This document shows, piece after piece, positions 13,501 to 26,645 of a stretch of 64,000 bases of DNA. The stretch covers positions 1,331,903 to 1,395,902 of the forward strand of contig NMRA01000024.1 of NCBI GenBank assembly GCA_002633005.1, in the 5' to 3' direction. The position numbers and the translations under genes were made by a program. How positions within the stretch are numbered: position 1 is the stretch's first letter; the number at the start of each line of letters is the position of its first letter. The stretch is from Phoronis australis (taxonomy: Eukaryota; Animalia; Phoronida). Under the pieces are notes generated by a model. The model saw nothing but the letters and a program-made list of their open reading frames with translations. It was not told the DNA's origin and made no database searches.

Positions 13501-14611
13501 AGATTCTTAAAGACACTCTCTCTTTTACGCTCATTAATTTAGAACAAACCCTGTGTGTTTTTTTTATTTTACTATTAAGTTTTGGAGTGCTTAAAATCAC
13601 CAATTTCAAATCGAAAACGCCACAAAACAACCTCACCAGGTTTCAAACACACAAACACCATCTGACGATATGTTAATTAGCTGATATCGAGTTAGGAGCA
13701 TTTGTTGGTTGATACATAATCAATGTAGCACTAATCATCTTCCATTGTGTTTAGTGTGAAAAGTCGCCAGATATTGCTCCTAGTTGGACATTTGAGAAGC
13801 GCGGACACGGCAAAAGTTTGTGGTGAACATGACATATACTGGCGTTGTGTACGTTCATACGTCCGTAGGGTTCAGAAACTTTCACTTCGAATTCACCTTA
13901 CTTTTATTTTCTCGTTTTGGGGCATATTGAATTTCCGATTGTGATATGCAGTGCTATAAAAGAAGGTTTAATGGATACAGGGTGGTTTTAAGAGGCCGGG
14001 AAAACGATAAAGAGAGCAAATGGGGCTATTCGGAAAATCTACAATAACTAGAGGGCGCGTGTACTAGTGGTGATAGATTAACAGCCTCGATTTCGCGAGC
14101 CCCTTAAATACAAGGTGAAATAGCTTGCAGCCGTGCCAACTGAATCTGAGAAAATCGTGCTTCTATGAGAGAAAGTAAGCACGACCTTATACAAAGGTAA
14201 GATTTGTGATTATTTTAACAATTATTCCATGATTATTCTACTGATGCCTGTTAACTGAGGTACTCGCCGATGGCGACTTCGCGGCAGTCGCCAACTTAAT
14301 CGGGTTAATCTTCGTTTGTTGTGATATGTGTTACGATACTTGACGTAGGAATCGGGATCTTTTCGTACATCAAAACATTGTTATTGTTTGGAATAATTTC
14401 TAACAGTTTATCAGTGACAGTTACATCAATCAATGCTGAATGTTTATGCAGTCAACTCGATACAGGTTAATGAGTTAGGGATTACAAGTCTAATGGCAAT
14501 GGGTACATGACAAATATCTTGTTTACTCCCTACCATATGTCTTCTGGAAATCTATTACACGTTGAAATGGAAATCTATCACGTCTGTTTTCACCTAACCT
14601 TTGGTTTTTAG

Positions 14612-16110
14612 GTTTGAGGGCTTGTACCGTGCAGAGGAGATATGCATCGCTTCTACACCGTCCCTGAATGGACAAAAATTGGTTTTAAGCATTTGACTGC
14701 AGCTAACCAACAAGATCTTCCCATCCACTGCAGATCTGTTTTCAAAGCCTACTTTCAGTATTGGAGACAACGAACAAAGCCTTTGAAAAGGAACGGCTTT
14801 TTTAAAGGAACGTGTGTAAGTCATTTTGTTAATTTACTTATTCAGGTCCTTAGCGAGGGATTGGCATGGGGGGTTGGGATTGTAATATTTGGTACAACTG
14901 AATGTGTGGAAATAACAGGTAATACATGTTTGGGGGAAAGAGCATGGTGAGGTAATTCTTAACCTTCATGAAGTCCCTTCAAGTTTATTTCATGAAACTG
15001 TTTTGCTATCATTTGTAAACCACAAATGATAGCAAAACAGTTTCAAAGTGACTGAATAGTCTTAACTCATGCATTGAAATGTTACAAGTCGTTATAAATT
15101 CAAATGACTGCCATTTTTGGGAAAACTGCATTTTTGATGGTGCCTTACGATTTGTATTACTCTTAAACAACAGAACAATTATTCATCATTTTTAAATGAC
15201 CCAAGTCTTCATATCTTCTATTAGAACAAAAATTAAAAGTCTAGAAGTATGCTTGACAGGCCCATGTATCTTTAATCTAAGTTTAAAATTGCTGAAAGTA
15301 TCAAAATTAAAAAGGCTTGAAAATGGGTAAGAAAGGTTTGAAGTTGTCTCAAAATTGTATATTTTGCAGACAGGTGATGCGTTTAAAGAATTGTTATGGC
15401 TGCGAATGATAAATAAAGACACGGTTTTATGCAATACTTATTATATACACCCTTGGTTTCTGAAAATAGTAATTATTTAATTTTATGTGAAACTGTAGAG
15501 CAGTCACCCTATATTTTTTTGAAAAAGAGGGATGGCATTTTTGACCCAATCTGGAGTACTTAATTATTCATATTTCAATATTTGTTCCAGGTTCAGTGAC
15601 ATTTTAAGGCCACTTCATGCTGTATCATAGACAAGCTTTGTTACTCCGTTCTCTTCCCACAGCACTTCCACTCACCAGCAGTGCTGCATGGCACAATGTA
15701 CAAGTTAGTGGACTTGGAGAAATGTGAATCGCAGTGCTAAGTTACCATAAGACAATGTGCCAGTGGACTGTCTGTGTATTCAGAGGAACTATATTTGACT
15801 GCTACACAAGCCTTGTTGGTGAGGATGCCCTTTCATAGGCAATGAGTCATGTGTAGACAATAGCTTATTTCCTTTTCCTGGAAGAAACATGAGGGACTGA
15901 AGCTAAAGAAGACCTAGTGACACTCTGGTCTAGTTCAGGGTCTGATTTTGGGCTCAAAACGATTCAAGTGATATGCTGCTGTGTTTACCTTCAAGGGTCT
16001 AATTGTGGATGTTATTGAGGCTGAATGAAGTTACATGAAAGAAAGCGACGTGTCGAAACTGGACCTTTTCTACAAGCGCTTCTATAGGCCATTGAAACTA
16101 GATCCCAGTG
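14612..16110 (+). pseudogene. Decayed, apparently spliced YqaJ-like (PD-(D/E)XK) exonuclease gene of DNA-transposon type
   Basis: 15663-15820 reads HFHSPAVLHGTMYK..*..SGLSVYSEELYLTAT..LL; 15925-16110 reads VQGLILGSKRFK*YAAVFTFKGLIVDVI..SKLDLFYKRFYRP. Both match recalled YqaJ motifs (AMKHG, CGLFV..PFLGASPDG, QVQGQM, KLxxFY). Splice sites at 14611/14816 and 15590. Confidence 0.55.
14993..15045. repeat. Perfect 24-bp inverted repeat with a 5-nt loop
   Basis: tgaaactgttttgctatcatttgt-aaacc-acaaatgatagcaaaacagtttca. Confidence 0.9.
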
Positions 16111-17814
16111 AAATGGAAGCCAAAAACTGAGTGACATTAACTTTTCCTTTCAGAAGAAAGGCTTTATACTAATGGTAAAAACTTTTCAATTTGGTACACA
16201 TTATGGGGAAATGACATTCAGTGACTGCATCGATTGTCTTATTGTCAGTAGAAAGCCCGTTAATGCTACACTTTGTTGATCGAATAAATTTTTAATCAAC
16301 AGGCAAGTTTGTCACTAATTATTGAAACCCCAATATTTCTTCAGTTTTAAAATCTCATGCATTGCACTTGTGCTTATTCTTGATAAAGCTGAAGTGATTA
16401 CCGAATATGCTTGCGAATTGTCATTTTCCTGTTGACCTATAGAAATGTGCAGCGATCAAAAGGAAGTATTCCCTTTGTTCGCATTTGATTTGTTTGTGTG
16501 TGTAATTATTTTTAGCGATTTCTTAAGAAGACCTTTGAACAATTTTAAGGTTTGTGTTAACTTGTCTATGAACAAAAGTTCCGCATGCAAGAAAAGTTTG
16601 TTTTCAATTGTAGCTAGCTGGATAAGAATTTGCTATGCACAAGATTCGAGAATAAACAATTATCAGTGTATTTAAAAACAAATGGCAAACTGGAAAAGCA
16701 CAGAAAGAAACAACATTGCGACGAAGTCCGTAATCAGGCATATAAAGCGCTGAATTACTGAATTACGTTCAATTCTCTCAGGTTATTGCTGAAGGATTGC
16801 TTTTCACTTTGTTCAAGGTAAAATAGACGGTCGGGCGGTTGGTTTCAGTTGTTTTCTCTCATCGGTAACAGAATAGTCGGAGAAATATTAGCAAATTGTA
16901 AAAGAAAAGACAAGACAAAACTACTTTTGTAAGGCAGAAGATACTTGACGTTTCATATTCATGTTTATATGTAGAAACTAATAATCTTTGTACCCAAGTC
17001 TTATTTAATATCTGAATTACAATATGTGAAACAGGCTAAAAGTGATTTAACAATGTGTATTTTTCATGACACTTAAAATGTGCTTCTGATCTCAACAAGT
17101 AAAATTCATTCTAGGTGTCAATTTTTTTTCCAACGCAATGTTACCACATTTCGTACTGAATTAAGGCTTATTCATGTTAATTAGATAACTGATCTGGTAG
17201 TCCTGGGGGTGGGGTCCGTGATAAAATAAGGAAACTCACTCATCTAGAGAATTTTATTGGAAACAGCATACTTTTGAAGAGAAACTGCTGTGAAAAAGTC
17301 ACCCTTGACTTCTGTGCATCACGTTCCATACACCTCTTATTTTGGGATTACTCCCACCCAGGACAATATGAATATGTGCTGCTAGCCTACCCGGCATCCG
17401 AGTCCCGGGTGAGTTTCCTAAAAGAAACACTTAGTACCACTCAATAAACCCGTTATTCAGTGTGGTAACTGGTTGGATAACATCACCAAAGATGTTGATA
17501 GAAACTGATTGCTAAAAACTTACCAAGTAATGTTGTGTAGTCTCCGAATGGAACTGCATAGTCATAGAGCACACACGGGGCTTCAGCATCCACACACTTT
17601 TTGTCAGTTAGAATATAGTAACCTTAGGTCTTTTGGGAATTTGTAGCCACCTGTCGAAGACTTGCACCAGGAAAATTAGCAGTAATAAGGCTTAGCGCGA
17701 AGACCGTATTTTGATAACAATTCCATCTTTTACCAGTTGTTTACATGCAGACAGCATGCGCAATTCAATCACCTCCAGTACAGCAGCGACACCGCGAGGA
17801 GAATTCTCCGAGCC

Positions 17815-18358
17815 CCATTGTAATATTGAAAGTAGTTCTCTCCCACAGAAACATAATTCATTCAACCTGCTCACCAGGTATTTTTAGGGTTTATTCGTAA
17901 AGATTTTTAATTTCTGTTGACATCAAAGCATTCAATTTTAGTTTCAGATTTAAATAAATGATCTGTCAACTGCTCACCATTTCTTTGATTTTTCTCCCAC
18001 AAGGCAAAGCCCCGGCGTCTCCTAATTTGGCAAGTTGCAAGACATAGACGTAGCACATTTCCTAATATGAAAAATGTTACCTTTGATCTCAAACGACTTC
18101 AAGAAAGGAGTGTAAAGCAGCTGACTATGAGGGCACGCTCAATTTCATCGTAAGCGGGAGGGAGATTAGAAACTCTGTTGTAACCAAAAAGTTTTTCCTT
18201 CGCGGGTATTTCAATAATCGTGAATCATTTTGTCATTTTTCTGGAAATTTCCTCACAAGGAAAAATGAATTACTCCGTGCTAGACGTTGTGAGATGGTAC
18301 TTTCGTCAGGAGTTGTTTAAAACATATTTTTGACGAGCTTTCGCGTTCTTTAAGCACT
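17815..18358. mobile_element. 5'-truncated copy of the Kolobok-like element at 26646
   Basis: Collinear similarity over about 540 bp with 26675-27203, same orientation. Confidence 0.75.
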
Positions 18359-18439
18359 TTAAAGTTTCATTAATAAGTTAGCGGGGTTTCCGTGGAGACC
18401 TCATTATATGTGGCGGCTGTTGAGTGAGACAGTACCCGT

Positions 18440-18738
18440 AATGCATGAGTCAGCTGTCACTCACCACGGCGGCTATTTAAGGTGGTGGAGCATAACCAAG
18501 AATAAAAATCAAAACACAAAAGTCACATTTAATTCCGAAATGAACTAGCATGCGTTAAATATGATTTATGGTGTTTGTAACTAAAATGAAGCGCAAGAAG
18601 TATATCTTTAACTGAAGCTGATATTAATTGTCTGGAGCCAACAAATGACTAAAGATCCCCGGCAAGCCTTGATTTTATCAACATTAACGAGGTCACCGAC
18701 GAATTCGCTGAAAGAAAGACACGCAAAAGACAGTTTTG
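18440..18738 (+). mobile_element. Possible decayed hAT transposase C-terminus
   Basis: SLDFININEVTDEFAERKTRKRQF* resembles the hAT dimerisation-domain tail (..IIDEFA.RK.R..); the upstream part is very degraded. Confidence 0.35.
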
Positions 18739-19069
18739 AACGTTTCGTGGATTACATTTCAAACCTCACTTTCCTGTCTTATCAAGTTCTTGTTTCATAA
18801 CGGAACATGTTTTCAAGAAAAAGTTTTGTCTCTGGTGAATGAGAATTCATTGTAGATTAGGCATACAGAGTGAAACAAGAACCTTCTGTCCTGGAAGGGG
18901 CGAGTTTTTTTTTGCATCGTTGCCTTCTGGCGTCAAGAACAGCCGTTGCTTCACTGCTTTGTGGTGTGCGTGGTGTTACAGGGTGAATCAAAGCATGTGA
19001 TGACACGCGAGATCAGAAAACCATGTAGTTAAGGCGGTAATAAATCCGTGTTCAGTCGAAGAAACTAAA

Positions 19070-19335
19070 TTTAGACTTAGGTAACTTGCCGCTATGAAAT
19101 TGGTCTCAACTTGTTCCATACCACGAGAAGTAATTTTGACCTTGCAAAGCACTTACAGTTCATTACTGCTCGACACATGATGCTCCGCGAATAAAATAAC
19201 ACGCCAACTTGTAGAGCCTATTCCAGTAATTATAAGCAATAGCCAGTTGTTTCCAAGCCCAGGAAGCACATCTGTTTTGACTAAGGAACAATTTGAGACC
19301 AATTTCGTAACTTTAAGTGGTCTGGATCACATTTA
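19070..19335. mobile_element. Small inverted-repeat element (MITE remnant)
   Basis: atgaaattggtctcaacttgttcc (~19094) is the inverse of ggaacaatttgagaccaatttcgt (~19285); a related motif occurs near 58188. Confidence 0.5.
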
Positions 19336-20639
19336 ACGCTTTTCAATTGTGACGGAGACCCAGGTCTACGTTCTGTCGCTCTGGTCAACAGGGAAGTGAG
19401 AATGTCTACACGGAAACCAGGGCTTCATTTTTTGATGTTGGGAAATCTATTTCGTCGGATTTTTTCCAATCAAATGGCTTGTCAATTGTCATGATTTGAT
19501 GCTGTCGAGGCAATACTGAAACAAGTAGCACAAGGCCTGTGAAAGTTTTTGCGTTATTTTTTTACGAAAGAATTTTGGTACTAGAACAGTTATAGCTATG
19601 CAAAAACTTAACAAACGTTCTTAACTAGCAGTCGTTACACGGTACGGAACCCTTTGCAAGATTGTTTGCTGCTAAAGTGATCGAGGAATGACGTCAAATG
19701 AAAAGCACTGTTAAAGACAATGACAACTTTCGTGAGATGACATGGTGTAACTTCTATTATGTAAGAAATAACTGTTATGCGGCAACCGGCTGGCGCCGGG
19801 TTTTTGGTGCTTCACGGAAGTGCGTAATAGTCAAATACTACGTCAGCGATTTAGTTTCTCGTCTAGTATGCTGTGGTAACCTGACTGTCAATCAACACCT
19901 GGACTACTGGGAAAACAGGGTGGCTGAGCCAATCCCAAATGATGAAAAATTAATATGCTTACTAGAGTCAATACAAACTGTCTGCCCCCTCTGACAGGTG
20001 GCTGCATTTTTAAACGCAAATTTGTCAACCACTCGAAATCTGGAAGATGCGCATTTCAGTCATTTGTGATCAAGTTCGGACCGTTTTACTTATATAAATT
20101 TGTACATGTCATGCTGCCGTCAAGAGGCCTGTTTATCAGGAAATATGATGGAGGTCCTACTGTGTGGATAGAGAAATTACGGCATAAGAGCAGTTTCACG
20201 GCTATATATAATAATTGATTCAATATGGACTCAAATTTGTCATTTTTGAACTTTTGTTTTCTGGGATTGAATTCTTCGTAAAAAGTTAAGTTCTGATCAA
20301 TTTTCCCATGGAATTGGGATAAAATAGCTAAAATAGATGCGTTAGGTTTCGGTTCTCGTTTGAGCGGCCGATAAATGATATTGATAGGTTCGTCATACAC
20401 TTTGAACCATGGTAGATAATTGGCATACGAGTTGTGATGCCGTATAAAAGAGCACAGGAATGCTTAACAAAGGACTAAATTGATAATTATCTGGTTTTAG
20501 CCTCGACTTTCAAACGAGAGGGGTTTGTAACCGTGTGCGTTGTTATGAGCTGTCGCTAGAGGTCAATATTGGGTTAACCAGACTGGTCCACGCATACGTC
20601 GTCGTTTGTAGAAAACAAAGGGTGTGTTGGCTCTTGATA

Positions 20640-21533
20640 TATAGGCGGATTTAGGGGGGGGGGNCGGATGAAAAAAGATTTAAATGTGTGCAGTTTTAGT
20701 GTTGGGGGGGGGGCTCAATTCAATTTCAAGTGTCAAATTCTGAACACGGAGCATTCGTAACGGAACAGGCTCTCCCGCGATATCCCAGGCGACCGGCAGT
20801 TGCGCTGCGCACTACGACTCCGTTTCCGTCGTCTGCTCCACTGGCTGTGCAATGAAGAAAATTTACTTCATTTTTTAAAGAAAATGGAACCTGAGTGATG
20901 ATGAAAAAACAGAAGCTGCTGGTAAGATGGGAATTTTAATCGAAGCCTTAGTAAATCACTCAGAAACTCGCAATACTCTCTTTGTCAAACCTTATCTTAA
21001 GACGATTTCCAAAGCAATTCTGTCATTATTGCCAACACGAAAAACGGATTTGGTCTTTTGGGCATTTGAAGACTATTTTAAATACGACAAATTTGTGAAG
21101 AATTGATGGCACAAAATATAAAACGTGTAATAAGCATTACAAAAACAAGTAGGTTTCGCGCGCAAACGCTGTGGACCATGAACAAGTAGGTCTCTTAGTA
21201 CTAGTGTAGTAGCTAAATCGTGGTGGTGTAGTGGTTATGCAAGTACACTCTAACCGCCGGGTCGTGAGTTCGAATGTTTGAACTTTGCAGTTTTTCCTGT
21301 TTGACATGTTCACCGTTTTTCTTTTATTCTTGGATAATACTTCAGGAATCAAGGAAAACGCTTGATTTTTAGAGGTAAAAACAGAAAATTTCCTGGGCGG
21401 GAGGGTGGCAAACCCCCTTCCGACCTCCAACCATACGGTGCTATGCGCATCTACAATTGTGGTTCACTTTGCGCAAATGCTTACTGCCGGACAAAATGTT
21501 GGGCCCCCTTGTGATATCCTTGATCCGCCACTG
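20640..21533. mobile_element. hAT-like non-autonomous element (GGCGGAT...ATCCGCCACTG) containing a tRNA-like segment
   Basis: TIR related to family B, poly-G subterminus, flanks ttgata/ctgata. Confidence 0.65.
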
Positions 21534-23033
21534 CTGATATGATATTTACGTACCCTGTAGTGTCGAGTTTCTGTGTTCGTTGCGTCTCTTTTACTTTCTA
21601 TGTAGTGTTACAACCTTGGTCAAGTTTACGTGTACTTAATGTTAATGAGCAAAAACTACGACCTGTTGATTACAACAGCATTCATTCGACAATAACAAAC
21701 TGGAGGTGTTTTCTAAGGATCTACAGTACTTGTCAAGGTCCGTGCATTCAAGAGCAATTGAAACAAAATTGAGTTCATTGGCATATAAGGAACTATTTTC
21801 AAAACAGGAAATCTACACAAAAATATAATATCATTTAAAAGTCTTTAATGCCATCATAATTTATCAGTGGCCTAATTTATTCACGCAAAGTCGTTTTCAT
21901 CGAAGGCAATTCTTTTGTGCCCATAAATATGGCCTCAGTAGTTGCACAGGAAATGAAATTGCGTTTTTGAAGACGCAAAACGTTATTTGAGTATTTGTAC
22001 GAAACTGCAATGACACACTTATGTTACATTTTACAATTGTATGCATTTAAATTTTGAAACTTTAACATCCAAATGGTGGATTACTTCATTCTGCGTACTC
22101 TCGCAGACTTGACATGATGTTTAGCGTCTAAGCGGATGTCATCCAGATACCCATCCACTGCTTGTGGTTCTTGTCTGACATCAAGCCTAAGGTCGACCTC
22201 GCGCTTTTCTTAACTTAGACGCAGAATGTGGCCAAGAGTGGTCTGTTGAGGAACTTCATTTTTTCGTATTGTCTGAGAGTTTAGCTAATTGTTACACTTC
22301 GCAGGTGTTCAGTGTACATTTGCTTTAAAGTGACAGGTGTTATGCATAAATCATAATGACAAATAATTTGTCGAAATCCAGCCCAGGTTTGGATGCAATG
22401 TGACGGGCACTTACTCCAATAGCAAAAGCCACTGGATTTTTTTAAAAAATGCAATTTTGGCAAACATCGGGTCCTAAGTTTTTGAGAGTTTACGTTTTCA
22501 TGAAAGTATTGTGATTTAAATTGTTATGCATTTTTTCAAAATAAGCACGTGTGTGCGGACAATACAAAACAAGTGCAATAAAAAATATATAATAAAACAC
22601 CAATATCCAACGGTATACAAATATGGACCGATCTCGAAGGTGATGGTAACCTATACTTCCAACGTAAAAGCACCCCTTACTGCACGTTGGCATTTCGCGG
22701 ATAAAACAACTATCTGGCCCATTTTATCGAAGATCATACGTTAGACCGCATGCAGTTTACGTCGCACTTTATAGGAACGAAACATTTCAAGCCCTACGTT
22801 AATTCGACATAAGTAAGCAACTACAATAAATATTGTGGCAATAAAAAACTACTGCACCTACGTGAGACTTTCGACAAAATGTGACCCAGAATTGTCGATA
22901 CCGCATTAACGTCAACTACAATGCCAGTATGGTGTTGCATATGCATAGTCAGTAGACAAAATGTATGTGTACATCTCCATTCGTGATTCTGAATAAGCGC
23001 CGAAAGCTGAAACAAAATATTTCAATGTCACCG

Positions 23034-23984
23034 TCACCCCAGCCGACTAACAGCCGAGCTCGAAAATCCCATTCTACGTGTTTGGTAACGATACGAGTTT
23101 TTCAACTCGTCATCACTGTCCTCTAAGTGGTCCTTGTGGTTTTCGTTTTTAGAATGCTTCGATGGTTCGTGATTGAACTTTCTGACGTTCAACATGGGAG
23201 ACAAATTTGGCACGGTTACAGTGCTGTTCGAACGTTCAAATTTCTTGGAATGTTGCTTCAGTTTTTCCATAGCTGCCGTTTGTTTCTTGCCATCGGAACC
23301 AATGACAGCTATTGGGTTGTTGAAATTGAGTAAACTGAGAATAGCGCTAGAAGAAGACCTTCGATACTTTCGCCTCCTCAGAAACATAAAGTATGGCTGC
23401 ATAAAAACTTCCTTGAATACGTCGGCAATGTTCCTGTTTTCCTTTGCCGAAGTTTCCACGTGCCCGTTTCCCCAATCTATTGCAGTCATAGACGCTGTCT
23501 CCTGAGGTATTTTTCTTTTTCCCAACAAACCGAGGTCTGACTTATTGCCGACAAATACAATCGCTGGCGTGACTGTGTCGGATTCTCTTTCGATCAAAAT
23601 CTCTTTTCGTAGACGTTTCGCTTCCTCGTAACTGTCTTCGTTATCCACTGAATATACTAAAACGAAGGCGTCGCCACAGTGAATCGCGAGACGCCTCATG
23701 GCAGGAAACGGATAACTACCGGTGGTGTCCAAAATGTCTAGCTTCACGCGCGATCCATCCACCTCGTAAAATCCATGGTGCATATCCTCAATTGTTGGGA
23801 TATGCTCGATACAAAAATCCCTCCCCAGAAATTGAGATATTATATTCGTTTTGCCAACACCGGCTGCACCAAGGAAAACGACCCGATACGTTTCCTGAAA
23901 CTTGCAGCCGATATCTCCGCGAGTGATATGCACTGAGCTTTTCTTTTCTACGTCTTTGCGTCGTGGTTTATTCCTCCTCAGCAT
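23034..23984 (-). CDS. Intronless Ras-family small GTPase, RASD1/Rhes/DIRAS-like, 316 aa from the first ATG
   Basis: G1 GAAGVGKT, effector region HIPTIED, G3 DTTGSYPFPAMRRLAI (RASD/DIRAS signature), G4 NKSD, G5 ETSAK. The ORF track starts at a TTG at 24017; the first ATG (MLRRNK) is at 23984. No C-terminal CAAX. Confidence 0.93.
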   Translation of the reverse strand: MLRRNKPRRKDVEKKSSVHITRGDIGCKFQETYRVVFLGAAGVGKTNIISQFLGRDFCIEHIPTIEDMHHGFYEVDGSRVKLDILDTTGSYPFPAMRRLAIHCGDAFVLVYSVDNEDSYEEAKRLRKEILIERESDTVTPAIVFVGNKSDLGLLGKRKIPQETASMTAIDWGNGHVETSAKENRNIADVFKEVFMQPYFMFLRRRKYRRSSSSAILSLLNFNNPIAVIGSDGKKQTAAMEKLKQHSKKFERSNSTVTVPNLSPMLNVRKFNHEPSKHSKNENHKDHLEDSDDELKNSYRYQTRRMGFSSSAVSRLG

Positions 23985-24279
23985 GTTTCTCGTGAACACG
24001 ATCTCTAACGCAATCAAAAATTCATCTCGTATTAAATACGTACTCGTGTATCAGGGCACCCTTCTTTTCCAAATGTTTTCAAGCACCCACCTGATTGCAC
24101 TTTCGAATAGTAAGTTCAAGTCGATGTGTCTGTAGTCCGCGGAACCAACGAAAACTTTGCTCTATCAGTTTCACCTCACATGCACGAACGACGCAACTTT
24201 GCCGATGCCGCAAACAATTGTCGATGTCGTCAATCGCTTGCTGGTGGTAGATCCGTTATTGACGATTGGCTTACTCAGA

Positions 24280-24420
24280 CAACGACTAACACGTTCTGGT
24301 TAAAGGAGCGAGCGTGAGCAGATTATAACAGTTCTTGCACTATAATTAATTGCAATACCAAGCACGACTGGCCAATCAAAACAATCGGTGATAGGTGCGC
24401 TACCCAACTACGTCATCACA
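24280..24420 (-). promoter_or_regulatory. Candidate core/proximal promoter of the RASD-like gene
   Basis: On the minus strand: Inr-like TTAGTC near 24288, TATA-like TTATAAT near 24325, a CCAAT box at 24372 (reading on +) and a CRE-like TGACGTA near 24410. CpG-rich relative to the flanks. Motif-level evidence only. Confidence 0.3.
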
Positions 24421-26645
24421 CGCAAAGCGAAAACCGGTAGCTGAGAAAACATGTTGATAAATCGGAACGCAATTATAATGTAAAACATTACGGGTGATAA
24501 GATTCATATTTCGCAAGGGGTTAGTGCATTGGGGTTGTCGAATCTGATACACTTCATTTGATTATGCGCTTTATCTAATCAAAGTACAGTAAAGTATCAA
24601 AACCGAATTAATTGGACTCTGAAATGCTATGCCGAGCATAAACAAAATGAAAAGAGATTTCAAACCTCAGCTGAGACTGAGATAAGATAAGTTAGATCAT
24701 ACTGCAAATCTAATCTCATCGGAAAGTATTGACAATTTCTTGCCACAAATCATGGGATACGGAACACGCCAGTACACCAAACAAATACCGCATTTATTAG
24801 CTCGGCCAAGCGGGTTTCTTGGATGTTTTCAAGGAACCACAAAAACAATTTTGATGAAGTTACGGGCATGTGGGCAATCTCATTTGCAATATCTTTCAAC
24901 TTCAAATTTTCTTCACTTATTAGTTTTGCATTTCATACGTGTTACACCTTGTTTTATGTACGCACGTGGCCGTCATTATAATAAGCTCGGATTAATTTGG
25001 TAATCCCATTATTGAGAGGTAGCTGACAAGACTTTTCACACAATTATCGATCTGCTTACGGCGGATTACAATATTGCAGTTTTATAATAACTAGCTGCTT
25101 TAATTCCATTAAAAATTTCAAAAGCGCTATGGTATCGAATTTTTGTGGCTGCCTACCCTCTTCAAAGTTTTCACAAGAGTTCAACCTAGAAAAAAAATAA
25201 AAAGGCAGAAAAAACTAAATTAAATCTGTATTTGGCCCTGTTTTCAACTGCCGTTTAAACATATTTGGAGTTATTAAGCGTTCGGAAGAAAAACCAAGAC
25301 CCGATATGAGATGTACTCACAGGAATTGTCACGAGAGAGGTCTTTTTTAACGGAATTCCCAGCGCGCCATTTTCGATGGTTCTCCGACGCATTTCTTGAC
25401 ACATTGAGGGTTTGTATGTTATTTTTGGTAACAGAGAACAAGTTCTATCATGGTAAAAATAGTTCGAGACCGTTTTTATATTAGTGAAAGCCTGGTTCGA
25501 TTTACGCTTTTTAACCAAGGTAAACAAGGCAAAATGTAATTCAAGCAAAAAGTAAGCGAGCTCTGAATATCCACGTCAATCATTTCAATACAGAGAGAAT
25601 TGATAAAGACCATGGACTATAGCACATGGGCCGCCAACTCCGTATATTTTCAATGAACGAACTCTGTGGGTCTCACGCATAAGCCGTGACATCATTATTC
25701 ACTAGCGACACTTGGCAGGTATAGCACGCATTACTTCCAGCAAGTACGTTGTCTGCTAATCATAGCCGATGTCGATCGGCGATTTTACCCAACTCACATT
25801 CGTGTTTAAATAAACTGAACGCTCGTAAAACGTTAACTTCCTAGATAAAATTCATATTAATACTCCAGATATAACCACTAGGCCTACTCAAAAACCAACG
25901 CCTCGCACTTCAACTGCAGTTTAGTTGACGCTTCATTTTAAGCTCGAGTGAATGTACACCGGTGCGGCTCAAAATTTCCGGACACTACTGCTGGAAGACC
26001 TTGAACAATGTTTCAATGCGAAATTATTATTTTTCGTTGTACTGGGCAGTAAAATAGATGGAACAATTTCACGTCACAATACACTAACCGGAAGCTGAGC
26101 TTGCTGTTTAGAGGGTGGCGCCGCCTTTAGGATATTTCGAAAGAAAATGTCGGAGTTGCAAATTCGTTGTCCATAATTTATGATAAAGACTGAAGGTGTT
26201 TGAAGCAGGCCCGAGTGCATGTTTGTCAATGCCGGCCACATCCGTCTACGACAGACAGCGCGAAGACACAGATTGTGGCTATTTCAAAAGCTTATTGCAG
26301 TGTTTTGACGCCCCCTGTTTGAATATGACTTTTCCATCTGAACACATCCGTCTGTCATGACGATAGACAAAGCAACTTGCTTACATGTCTTTCGAACTTA
26401 ATGTGTCTTCGATATCGACGACTTAGGTGTCTATTTCACTGTAATTTCACAGATCAATACAGTCTTTCATTATCTAGTTCTGTCGTTTCCCACGCACCGT
26501 CAATTACTAGATGAATCGTACATCAGTAATTAAGGAACTGTTATTAGTTAGTTACTTATAAGATATATTATTTTTCCTCCATTTTACTCAAAATTTTATT
26601 TTTCGGGTTGGTGATACTATTTCCAGTTGTTTTCACCTGAGTTAA

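Noticed and set aside
23127-23505. Plus-strand ORFs of 68 and 110 aa
   Set aside because: Antisense shadows of the GTPase CDS.
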